Source: Antedon mediterranea
Lineage: Eukaryota > Animalia > Echinodermata
Assembly (NCBI RefSeq): GCF_964355755.1
Contig: NC_092672.1
Span: 2,232,001 to 2,296,000, forward strand
Length of the DNA stretch: 64,000 nucleotides
Reading direction: 5' to 3'
This document shows, piece by piece, positions 40,460-53,200 of this stretch. Both the position numbers and the translations under genes were made by a program. Within the stretch, counting starts at the first letter, position 1. Every line of letters begins with the position of its first letter. A model generated the notes under the pieces. The model made no database searches and had not been told where the DNA came from. It was given only the letters and a program-made list of their open reading frames with translations.

Positions 40460-41639
40460 ATGGTATTAATTGTTTGATTACTTAGAAATGGAATGCCTGT
40501 TTTAATCCAAATAATTATTATGTATTGTTTAACAGTGTAAACACTACACTTCTTTACTACACTGCACTTTAAACACACTTTCTATATACTACTACTATAG
40601 TAGGCCTATTCTAGGCTATATATTATTATATTTTTCAATTTGTATTTAATTGTTATAGGATGTGTTTTTAACTGTACGCCGCAAAAAGACCACTATTTTT
40701 CTGGATGCAAAGGAATCAAATACGGTGTACGATTTAAAACAAATGATTGAAGGCATAACAAAGCGTTCACCTGAAGATCAGAAGCTGTTCAAGAACAACG
40801 ACCCTCTTGAAGACACAAAGACTTTGGGCGACTGTGGTTTCACTAGCCAAAATGCCAAGGCTCAGTCTCCAGCACAAGTTGGCCTAGCTTTTAAAACTGA
40901 TGGTAAATTATAAATTACTGTTATATCTCTGACATGTAAATGAAAATTGTGACACTATACAACAGAACAAATACAATATATTGCACACACTTTACACATT
41001 TATTGCTACATCCCTTAAGCTCTGTCCACACTATCAAACGTTATGTGACAAAAATGTGATGTTCCCATATATGGACATGATGATGTCATATCACTACCAT
41101 ATTTATTGGGCATGAGTCACTGACCATATTTGGGCACATCATACTTTTTTTGTCAAACTAGTTTGATAGTGTAGACAGCTTAAATGAACAAAATGTAAAG
41201 TTGATAAACAAATTATTTATTCATATTTTCAAACAAAATGTTCCACTTGCACCTTCTCATAATCATTGATGACTTTCCCTAAAACAGTGTTAAAACCTCA
41301 TCTATTTTATAAGTGAGTGAGGGTATACATTTCTTGTAAAAATGTTTTCTGTTACACGTATCCATACTCATATGGTGACCGGAAAGAAGTACTTTGAAAC
41401 CTCTGCCCTGGAGTTGGTATCTGTGTTAGTATCAAACATTGTAATTAGTATTTGTTTATCTAATGCATTGTTTGGTAATGAAATAAAAACAGCTTAAAAT
41501 TCTTTCTAATTTCATACTTTTTTTAGGGGAGGATGACTTTGAGGATCTGGAGATCATAGAATACTCATGTCCACCAGAACTACCAGACGTAATGAAGCCG
41601 ACAGACTCCAGCACAACTGCTGAACATCAGTCCTCATAA
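40460..41639 (+). CDS. ELOB: Elongin B (TCEB2), 3 coding exons, 119 aa
   Basis: join(40460-40462 ATG only, 40659-40902, 41527-41639). [21 protein letters not shown]...[24 protein letters not shown]...[10 protein letters not shown]. An ATG-only first exon also occurs in vertebrate ELOB. Confidence 0.96.
41017..41181. mobile_element. MITE family A copy in ELOB intron 2
   Basis: Both TIRs; TTAA flanks. Confidence 0.85.
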
Positions 41640-41940
41640 GTGTCTGTTTACACTGGCCACACAGTATACTTACTACAGTCATCTATACAGTAATACTCCA
41701 GTACAATTACTGTTGAACATAAACTCTCATAAGTGTCTGTTCACATTGGCCATAGAGTATACTTACTACAGTCATCTATACAGTAATACTCCAGTACAAT
41801 TACTGTTGAACATAAACTCTCATAAGTGTCTGTTTACACTGGCCATAGAGTATACTTACTACAGTCATCTATACAGTAATACTCCAGTACAATTACTGTT
41901 GAACATAAACTCTCATAAGTGTCTGTTTACACTGGCCACA
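41633..41940. repeat. 3.3 x 93-bp tandem repeat starting at the ELOB stop codon
   Basis: Units begin CTCATAAGTGTCTG at 41633, 41726, 41819 and 41912. Confidence 0.95.
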
Positions 41941-43587
41941 CATTACTTCTATTTACTTATAAACATTGAGTTTATATGATCCATGGTTTTCGTGTGCAAG
42001 CTTCTCAGTGGTTCGTTATTGTTGTCATCAAGTCCTTACAGGGTCTAATGGCCCGTTCAGACTTAGTTATTATTTACCAGGGTGAGTTGGTTACAGGAGC
42101 CAATTATCGCTAACTTTGATGGGTAAGACACCAACTTACCCTGGTAAATAACTAATAACTATCATATAGTTCAAGCAAGCTTGTGTACCTTAAGGTCTTA
42201 TTAACTACAGTTAGTCTCCGTTCACACATGTAAAGGAAGAAGTGTTGCATTGCAAAATTGAATCTCTGAGTTTATGTTTAATATGATATCATTTTTATGT
42301 ATAAATAAAGATTAAAATAAACCGACTGCAAAAGTCCATGTAAAAGTTGAAACTTAACTTTTATATAAAGTGTAATACAGATTTGATGAGTACCTAAAAA
42401 TAGATATTCAGTTGCAACGGCTATGAAGCAATAGAGCGTAACAGACATCTGAGCATGCTCAAATCTAATATGTTGTAATAATTAATCATATTGCAAGAAT
42501 TGAATTGAATTGCGCTGTTATATGTTAGTTATCATCACAATATCCTAGCAAATGATGTATTATTATGTTAGCTAATAAATATTCTGTTTTGGAATGAAAT
42601 GTATTAAATATTTTTACAGTTTTGTGATGCAGTTATTTGTTTTTATGTATGTCAATTGGAAGTTTTATTTCAACACTTTTGAGTCTTTACAAGGAACTAA
42701 ATATTATGTCATCAAGCACAAATGAATTAAATTTATTGTTACTACCAGGCACAGCAGTTAACTGTAACCATGGAGTTGTATATCCATGCTGTAACCATGA
42801 AATTTGTGATACATGTAAAAACATTAAATTATAAAATAAATTAGATTTTTGAAGAAAACAGTATAGCGCCACCTATTGGAGTCGAATTTTCTGCACATGA
42901 CTCGACATCGAACAAAATCGACAGCAGCATGCGCTGCAGCAGCTAAGCAGCTGCTCCCCCTGGATATCCCCCATCGTCTGACCTGGACGCGATTTTTTTT
43001 TTCGTACATAAGTTGGGGACCCCGTCATGAAACGTCACAAAATAAACATGAATAATTCATCAGTTAAATTTTCGTGTTCCGTGTGCACCCAAGCGTATAG
43101 CAACAAGAGGCCTATCTCCGCTGTTGCGGCGTGCGATTTCATAGCAGAATAGCGGCGTTTTGTGTGGATTGTCGAAATAATCAGCCTTTAGTTTATGGTG
43201 TTTTTAATATAATTTATTACTAAAGAATTACGTGTTAAAATTATAGTTTCTATTAATACTATTAGGCCTAATTATTAGTCTCTAAACCCATGTCTATAAT
43301 TCTAGGCCTAGTAGTAGCTGTGTGGGTGTGTGTGACGTGTGTGTGTTAGGTATGACACAATCGAGTAATAAGTCAGCAAAATTAAACAATAAACATTACA
43401 CAAAAATACATTTTTTATTCTCGTGGGTCTAATCTTCCCATCTCATGTGTTCATATACGCACATTTTTAAAGTTCCTTTGAGTACATGTATATTGTTTGA
43501 TAATAAAATAGCAGAATTAAAAAAATACAGTACACAAATTATACACATTCTTTATTCTTGTGGGTCTAAGCTTTCTTTGGGCTATGT

Positions 43588-46351
43588 TATGGAAAGCCAA
43601 ACCCGTCAAAAATACATAATACATACCATCCACCAATAATTAATTCGTACAAAATTCAAACCATCCAATATTATCTCATGCAGTTCAATGAAAACTTAAA
43701 CCATTCACCTAGTATCTACACCATCCAATACAATGTGTGACCATCTACCACTAGCCCAAACGACAATACGCCGAACAAACTACCCATAACACAAACCATC
43801 TAAAGAATGTTGAGCCCAGGCAGCAATAATTGAATTAATCTAACGTTAATACAAGTATATATTAGCCAACTCATTTATCAACATTTCATGTAGTTCATGA
43901 ACATTTCAAACAAAGCATCTTAATTTTAGTTCATCGAATTATAATTCTAATTCATTGCCTGTTTTATACACCGTTCGTCTGTTCAACAGTTGAAACAACT
44001 GTTTTGCACACGATACGCCCGTTCGTGAGTTCAAACCATGATATTTGAAGCATCGACTTTCCAAACAGCGATTTTTCGCACCGAACGTATTTTCTTGAGT
44101 TAAAGTGGTTGCATTTCAATCACTTGCTTTTGATTGGCCAGTATTACACACCGTTCGCTTGTTCGTGATTTCAAACCATGATATTTGAAGCATCGACTTT
44201 CCAAATGGCGATTTTTCGCACCGAACGTATTTTCTTGAGTTAAAGTGGTTGCATTTCAATCACCTACTTTCGATTGGCCAGTATTACACACCGTTCGCTT
44301 GTTCGTGATTTCATGTGATAACATTTCATTCGACAATTTTTCAAACGTTAGTTTTTGACTCTGCTTACGTATATGTCAGTTGATATACTATTTTTTAATT
44401 TTCATACTTTCCATAGTCAGTTTTGTACATCATTCGCATTTACGCATGTAAAGTGTAGATATTCCACTCGACAAGTTTTAAACGGTAGTTTTTCGCACAT
44501 TTATTGTTTTATTGTTAAATTGTAACTGTTGGCGCCGATTTAATATTGAGGGGCGGGGGATGAATGTCAACTTTACGACTGTATGACACTTACTTAGGCC
44601 TAGGCCTACGTTACACACACAGGTCAGGGAGATGTAAACTAATTTATAAATTTATTTTACATCTCCCTGGTTACACACATTATCACAAACTTAAATAATG
44701 GAAAAAAAACAGAATGAAATAATATAATTTAGCTTGTGGGCCTGTTACAATTTTACGCCCCACAACTAGGCCCGGGGTAACAGGGAAAATTTTCATTTTA
44801 AAATTTTGTTTAGCAATATTGCTAATCAAACTGATTTTTAAGTCGAGAAACATAGTTTTGTATTGTATTTTTTGCTACACAATTTTCAAAATGTGTAGCA
44901 ATAAGGTTGTTTTGTATAGCTTTTTGCTACGCTACACTGGCGAAAATGTTCCCTGGGTAACACCCACCTCGCCCGCCTGTGGGGGAGAGACAGAGGAGAG
45001 AGAGAGCTGGTGTCGTGCTTCTCTCTCCCCTCCCTACGCGGCGGGCGTGTGCGGCGGCTGCTAGATGAGGCCGGTCTAGAGCCATTTTCTGCTCTGTGCT
45101 CTCTATGATGCATAAATTAACTGTTGTTGAGAAGCTTCCATTTGTTTACGGGGTAGGCCTATTTTTTTGAAATAATGACATTCATTATGTTTTATAGACT
45201 ATAGTGGAGACGTAATTAATAAATATCCGAATAAACATATTTTACGAATATTTATCATGGATTAAATAAAAACATGTGTATTGTTATTAAATCATAATTA
45301 TTTTGTTATTCATCATGCATTAAATAACCCAACGTGTAGAGGTACCATATTTAAAAATGTGTACTGTTCAAATTCAGTACCGAACACCTCCCCCTCCCCC
45401 CCAATATAAAATCGGCGCCAACAGTTACAATTAAACAATAAAAAAAAAACTACCGTTTTAAAACTTGTCGAGTGGAATAAATACACTTTACATGCGTAAA
45501 TGCGAATGATGTACAAAACTGACTATGGAAAGTATGAAAATTAAAAAATAGTATATCAACTGACATATACGTAAGCGGAGTCAAAAACTAACGTTTGAAA
45601 AATTGTCGAATGAAATGTTATCACATGAAATCACGAACAAGCGAATGGTGTGTAATACTGGCCAATCGAAAGTAGGTGATTGAAATGCAACCACTTTAAC
45701 TCAAGAAAATACGTTCGGTGCGAAAAATCGCCATTTGGAAAGTCGATGCTTCAAATATCATGGTTTGAAATCACGAACAAGCGAACGGTGTGTAATACTG
45801 GCCAATCAAAAGCAAGTGATTGAAATGCAACCACTTTAACTCAAGAAAATACGTTCGGTGCGAAAAATCGCTGTTTGGAAAGTCGATGCTTCAAATATCA
45901 TGGTTTGAACTCACGAACGGGCGTATCGTGTGCAAAACAGTTGTTTCAACTGTTGAACAGACGAACGGTGTATAAAACAGGCAATGAATTAGAATTATAA
46001 TTCGATGAACTAAAATTAAGATGCTTTGTTTGAAATGTTCATGAACTACATGAAATGTTGATAAATGAGTTGGCTAATATATACTTGTATTAACGTTAGA
46101 TTAATTCAATTATTGCTGCCTGGGCTCAACATTCTTTAGATGGTTTGTGTTATGGGTAGTTTGTTCGGCGTATTGTCGTTTGGGCTAGTGGTAGATGGTC
46201 ACACATTGTATTGGATGGTGTAGATACTAGGTGAATGGTTTAAGTTTTCATTGAACTGCATGAGATAATATTGGATGGTTTGAATTTTGTACGAATTAAT
46301 TATTGGTGGATGGTATGTATTATGTATTTTTGGCGGGTTTGGCTTTCCATA
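43588..46351. mobile_element. Nested 2.76-kb foldback element (IS3EU-like termini)
   Basis: ~970-bp near-identical inverted arms (43588-~44560 / ~45389-46351); termini TATGGAAAGCC..GGCTTTCCATA; 6-bp TSD CTATGT; no transposase ORF. Confidence 0.88.
44781..44955. mobile_element. hAT5-like MITE nested in the foldback spacer
   Basis: CAGGG..CCCTG termini, TSD GGTAA, sister of 25761-25938. Confidence 0.85.
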
Positions 46352-46869
46352 CTATGTTCCAATGAATTACTACTTAGTTTAATGTCTTGCCTAGCTGTCG
46401 ATTAGCCTCGACTCGACACATTTTGTGTGAAGAAGAGTGCGCGAAGGCAATCACGTGAATTGACTACTGTAGAAAGTATCGTATCGCAGTTGTGTAATCA
46501 CTTCTTGTTGCTATACGCTTGGGTGCACACGGAACAACAAATTTAACTGATGAATTATTCATGTTTATTTTGTGACGTTTCATGAGGGGTCCCCAACTTA
46601 TGTACGAAAAAAAAAATCGCGACCTGGACCCATCTATGGAGAACAAAAAAGAGACGGGAGTCGCCTGCTGCATTTGAGTCTCGTTTCATGTTATGTTCAC
46701 AATATTTTATTTATCAGATATCAAAATTTTCCATGGAAAATTACTAAAAACATTAAGTAATGTTTATTTCGAAATCCAAGTGTGAATAGGGTGTGTGATG
46801 TAATTAATTAGAAATGCAACGTTATTACACATCAAGCATGTGAACAGAACCTTATTTAACCTAGGCAAT

Positions 46870-46990
46870 ACCATTGGCTAACCAATATCCAATCAGCGAT
46901 AGCTACTCACGTGAATCGGGAATGTCCATCCGACTTTCACGCGCTGATAATTGTTGACCAATGAAACTGTACAATTTTGTACCACGTGAT
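46870..46990 (+). promoter_or_regulatory. SLC25A36 proximal promoter motifs
   Basis: ATTGG 46873; CCAAT at 46882, 46889 and 46958; E-boxes TCACGTGA 46907-14 and CACGTG 46983-88; 220-330 bp upstream of the ATG. Confidence 0.55.
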
Positions 46991-47204
46991 GTAAACACGA
47001 GCCCTGTTTTTTTCTTTAATAAAAATAAACGATGTAGAGATGGTGTGTGTGGTGGGAAGATCGTTGTAATGGAAAATTGTTTGTTTTGATATAAATACAC
47101 CATGATTTGGACTTGATTATTGCATAGCAAGATTAATTGAGACATTGCAGATATACTACATAGACATAATTGACTAGAATAAGAAAAAAGTGTGTTTGCT
47201 CAGG

Positions 47205-50200
47205 ATGTTTAACAATATGCTTTCACCCCATACAACTCATCTCATTGCGGGAGGGTAAGTTTGTTTAGTAGGCAGCATGCATGAAGGGCAGGTCGAATTT
47301 CACCATTTATTTGGCCTTCTTGATGCCATTCATGGATGGCTTAACATAATGTTTAATTGTATATTATTTGGTTGTAGGCCTAAGGCCTAGGCCTACATAA
47401 ATATAATATTCAATAGTTTAGTAAAGACTAAAAAAAAGGAGGAGAGATATATGATAAAAGAAGAAAGTCTAGGCCTAGGCTCTACTACTTACTAGGCCTA
47501 GGCTAGTACAGTAGGCCTATACCTACGTTTACGTACGTACCGGAACCGTGCAACCATCGCATTTCCTTTCCCTCAACTCAATCAAAGAAACAATATCCTA
47601 GACAGACAGGACTGTAGGCTGTAGCCTAGCCTAGATACTGTATCTAGCTAAAGGATATTAGTAGGCTATCTGTCTCTTGCTTATTAATTACGCCGTGGTT
47701 AGGATTCCGGCACCGGAACTCAACTGCCCACCGTTAGGGAATCCGACACGATATTGCGCATGCCCAGAACTCTGGGAAGTGAATTATAGCTTGCACTAAT
47801 AGTGCCACACACCACACCACCGAGAGTCGGAGTGTTATAGGGATTTACTGTAGCCTAGATAGTCGAGTCGTTGCGCGAGCGAGAGATGGATGAAACTTGG
47901 CCTATGCCATACATGAATTAATAATTAAAATACGACTACGCCACGCGTTAAAATAATTATAATGATATTAATAAGAATCGGTATCTATCTAAGAATCGTA
48001 ATGCTGTTTTTAACGTTGCGACCTCGAATTTCCGAACAGTTTTTTCACATCCACGCGGTGGCTGCCGTCAACAAATCAACTTGTGATTGCATGTTATGTA
48101 CAGTATATTAAATGCTTTATGAAAAATCATAAAACTAGTCATGTAATTATATAATTCATAATGATATGAAGTTTATATATGAATGAACAACCACTTTTTA
48201 ATTACAAAATAAATAGGCCCACTGGTCACGCCTAACTGGTAGCCCTAGCCTAGATTAGTGGATCCCGCATTAGTAGGCATCTAGGCTAGTTCGCCGTGTG
48301 GCGCAGCTATGAAATGATCCATCGCTGTATAGTCAAAGAATTGGTATAGTATAGAGTCGCCGATTACCTCGCTCTGGGCATGCGCAATAGCGTGTCGGAT
48401 TCCCTAACGCTGGGCAGTTGGGTTCCGGTGCCGGAATCCTAACCACGGCGTATTAATTAGCCTTCTTAGGCTAAACTTTAAATACTCTTTTAAATAAATA
48501 ACAATTTTAATGCCTAGGCCTATTTCCTTTTTATACCATATGTGATAGGCCTAGTAGTAATAAATTATTTATTTTTAAAACTCCCTGGTGTAGTAGTAAG
48601 TAGCCTATTAACAAATTAATATAAAAAACTGGAATCAATTGAAATTAATATTTTTTCTTCAGGTGTGGTGGTACCATTGGAGCTATTGTCACGTGCCCTC
48701 TAGAAGTTGTAAAGACAAGGCTCCAGTCATCTCAAGAGGTTGTATTGACCACGAATGGCAACGTCCATCATGTTACAAAGAAAAACATCGGACTCATATC
48801 AGCAATAAGGTAGGTATATGGCCTACAGATAGCCTAGCTAAAAATGCTGATGATGCATGGTCTCCTGTCTTTTCCACATTATGATGAGTAGAATGTTGAT
48901 GTCATCAATTAAAGTTAATGTTTACATGTTCGTGTGAAAGCTTCCTATCTACTAATAACTATATTATTAGTCTACTAATACATTTTTTGTCTAGGCCAAA
49001 CCTATCTATACCTACATTATAAAACATTTTATCTGGAAAGGGAGAGGGTACATACATAGACATTGCTGGCTATATTTTGAAACACTACATTCTTATCTAT
49101 CATCACTAGTGAGCCCATCATATGGTAATGTGCCCTGCATGTGACAAACATGAATACATATTTACATTTGGGCATCTAGGTTTATTAGTATATATTTGTA
49201 TCAGTCTGCCCTGACACATTCGAGTGTTGATAATAATAATTATGATAGTGACATGTACTATAAATAAACATAGTCTATAGAAAACATTTGTTTTTTTCTC
49301 TTATCCCAATTGTAATTTTTTAAATGGTCCTGATAAAAGCGCTGTTGCTCTGTTTTCAAGTGTCATAGTTCAACCCTGTCACTAGGTCAGGATGGAACCT
49401 TGGACCTTAGGATTGGAAGGCAAGCAAGAATGTTAACCACCAAGCTACAGCTCCACTACTACATTACTTTATTTCTTTCACTTGAATTCTGTAAAAGAAG
49501 ATGGTCAATTTAAATTTAACATATTTCTTCTTTTATATAGAAATATTGTTAAAACTGAAGGTGTATCAGCATTGTTCAGAGGGCTGGGTCCGAATCTGGT
49601 TGGTGTTGCACCATCAAGGTGAGGCTCATGACAAAAATAAGCATGTTCACATGACCCATGTTGAAAACAATGTTAATCTTGTCAAGTTGACTACAATGGA
49701 TGACCTTAGCCCTATTGTATTGTTTAACTTCAAACATTGAATCTTAGCTTAGTCTATTGATAATACAGTGTAGTACCTTTTAATCCAGCCTTTATACAAT
49801 TCTAACTGTACAGACTGTAAATCTCTGTCAACACTATCAAACTTTATTTGACAAAAAAATGTGATAATATGCCCATATTTGTACATAATGATGTCATATC
49901 ACTACTTACCATATTTGCATATCACAACCATATTTGGGCACAACATCACATTTTTTTTGTCAAACTAGTTTGATAGTTTAGACAGAGCTTTTAAGTGATC
50001 ATGGTTATGAAACAGTATTAAGTGTTCATCATGTTTTTAATGTTGTTCCCTTGTCATTTCCTAAGCAAATGCATAGGTATTAATATTAAATGTACTGTAT
50101 CCCATTATAATTATAATGTTAACTGGTTAGTCCTTTCAGTATCTACACATATTATTTTTTTATTACTGAAAACTTTACAATATGCGTACATTTGATTTGT

Positions 50201-53200
50201 ATTTGCAGAGCAATTTATTTCTTCGCGTATAGTGAGACAAAAACATTTTTAAATGCCAGATATCGGCCTGAAAGCCCTGGTGTACACCTGTGCTCAGCAG
50301 CATTTGCAGGTAGGATATTCATTACTGTAGCAATAATTTTTAAATTTTAATTATTTTTTATATCATCACAAACGCTGAACATCTTGTGACATAGTGCACT
50401 TAACAGGACTTCTCCAATCGGAGCGATTATTGGCAAAATGTGCATAGACTATTTATTTTTCTCTTCGTATCATTTTCTATAATTTGTTTTCATTTTTAAT
50501 ATAATGGTAGATTATGTTTGTTATCAAAAATGCAATTCAGCTAATATTAATTTTCTGCAAAATTTTATAAATCTGTGATTTCTATTTGTCCCAAATGGAG
50601 GGGTGGTTCCACTGTAATTGTAAACCTTTACGTAGTGTTTACAATTTGTTAAGGTAATTGCAGTCAAAATACTGAAGCAGTTATTCATCGTTTCTTTAGT
50701 CATTGCATCGCAGGATACAATAAAAACAAACTGTGTTGTGATGCTATATTCATAGGAAACCCAACTTCCTTTATAGCAACTGTTGCTTAAGGCAGATGGG
50801 AAAGATCTTAAAATGACTACAAACTAGAACTAACTAGTTTTAAATGACTTCATCAAAGTCAGTCAACCTTAACCCTTCACCTTACTTGACCTAAGTTCTT
50901 AATTTATTCTGTAAAAATAAATACAAAACCACACAAAAAAACACTGAATGAATACTGTATTAGATTCTGAAAAATATCTGTTATTATTCTATCTATCTAG
51001 TAGTATTAATTAATAGTAATAATATCTACAGTATTCATACAACTGTTAGTTTACTAAAGTTTAATAAGTGGAATCATCGTTTTTTTATACAGAAGTGTAT
51101 AACTTTATTAAAATTACAAAATGGCCTAAAGTCTGATTTATTAATCTTCATTTTTCATGTTTTTGGAGGACAATAAATCTTTAATTAATCAATAAATTAA
51201 TTAAATAATACATGTTTAATTAATGACTTTTATTATTTCTTCAGGGTTTACAGCCAGTACTTTAACAAATCCAATCTGGTTTGTGAAAACAAGACTACAA
51301 CTTGATAAGTCGTGAGTTGATATTCCAATATTCTGTTGTTTTGCTTCAAAATATGAAAGTGTTTCTGATGAAATCAACCTCTTTTTTTTTTAATTGACCT
51401 CATTAGCATAGAATGCCTTGATCTAATTTCGATTTAAATTTGTCGACCTATACAACTGTAGTGATGTGTGGAAAATAATCATGCATGCACAGAAGGTGTT
51501 CTGTGGATGTGTATAGACATTGAGGTGTAACCACCAAAGATGGGTGACACAGCTTAGGGTGAATAAATAATACATTGCATTAGATATACCACATCATGCC
51601 TCAAATCCTCAATGATGCAAGCAGTATTTCTATATTAACAAAGCATCCATGAGGCCTTGGAACAAACTTGGCACAAATAGGAGGTGGGATTATGCTCGGA
51701 TTCCATAGTTAATAGATTTACAATAACAATGGAGTCTTGTTATTGGGTGGGATTATAATCAAGCTTTGGTTATACATATTAACAGTAATACTTCCTCACC
51801 AACTAATTATAATTGCCCTATAAATATCAAGAAATTCATTTTTATTTATATCAAGAAATCCATTTTTATCATGTGACAGTTAATATCACAGTTAAGGATG
51901 ATAAATATTTACATGATAACAATTTTAAAACTTTTTTTTGTCATTGTTAAGTTATAGCGGAACACAATAACATGTTATTTAGTACAATGTAAAATATTAT
52001 CTTGCGTTGGCCGACTTATTTTCATCAAGGTCTATCATTAGTCAAACAAGTTATAACCCTTGTACCTTTATCAATGTCACTCAATACTGTGTACTCTCTT
52101 ATCATATTGTAATATTTCCCTTCATATTATTCTTACTAACAATAGTTGTACCCTAACACATCCCCTGTTTTACCCCTAATGTAATGCATCCCTTCTTACT
52201 AACAATAGTTGTACCCTAACACATCCCCTGTTTTACCCCTAATGTAATGCATCCCTTCTTACTAACAATAGTTGTACCCTAACACATCCCCTGTTTTACC
52301 CCTAATGTAATGCATCCCTTCTTACTAACAATAGTTGTACCCTAACACATCCCCTGTTTTACCCCTAATGTAATGCATCCCTTCTTACTAACAATAGTTG
52401 TACCCTAACACATCCCCTGTTTTACCCCTAATGTAATGCATCCCTTCTTACTAACAATAGTTGTACCCTAACACATCCCCTGTTTTACCCCTAATGTAAT
52501 GCATCCCTTCTTACTAACAATAGTTGTACCCTAACACATCCCCTGTTTTACCCCTAATGTAATGCATCCCTTAATCACCCTAAAATAAAATATATTTATT
52601 ACTTGGACCATATGCTGTACTTGTCGGGATAGTAGAATGTAGGATCGTGCTTAAAATAAGAATATTCTAATACATGTGCTGTATTTGTGTTATTGACGGG
52701 ATATTAAAGATGTAGGATCGTGCTGAAAATAAATATTTTCTAAATAAAATACTGATTAGTTAAAAAGCAAAAGTTACCAACTTCCCGTTGATTCGATCTA
52801 TTGTCTACTATACATTTTTTGGCACTGTGAGAACAATTACTAAGAAAGCTAAAGCTAGTAATATTGTCGGTTGAAATTCCAGATTACTATTGCAGTCTCA
52901 ACCCTAAACAATAGGAAAAAAGTATCAATTGAAATTGCAAACATTGTATGGGTTCTGATGAAATTCCCGATTGCTATTGCAGGATAAATCCCAAACAATG
53001 GAACAAAAAGATATTCATTGAAATTACAAAAGCTACAGTATATGGGGTAAATAAGGTTATTTCTTGCAAAACTACTCATGCATGTGATTCTTAAAATGAC
53101 TAAGTGATGACTTTCTAAAAATAGCTATACTATGTTTTCATTATGAAATCACTGATGAAATTTTGTAAACAAAATCATGGATAAATTTTGAATGAAATTT

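Larger units (their letters stand above)
42989..46620. mobile_element. Outer non-autonomous MULE/Mutator-like element
   Basis: ~120-bp TIRs (42989-43108 / 46503-46620, GCGATTTTTTTTTTCGTACATAAGTTGGGGACCC...); 9-bp TSD GACCTGGAC. Confidence 0.85.
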
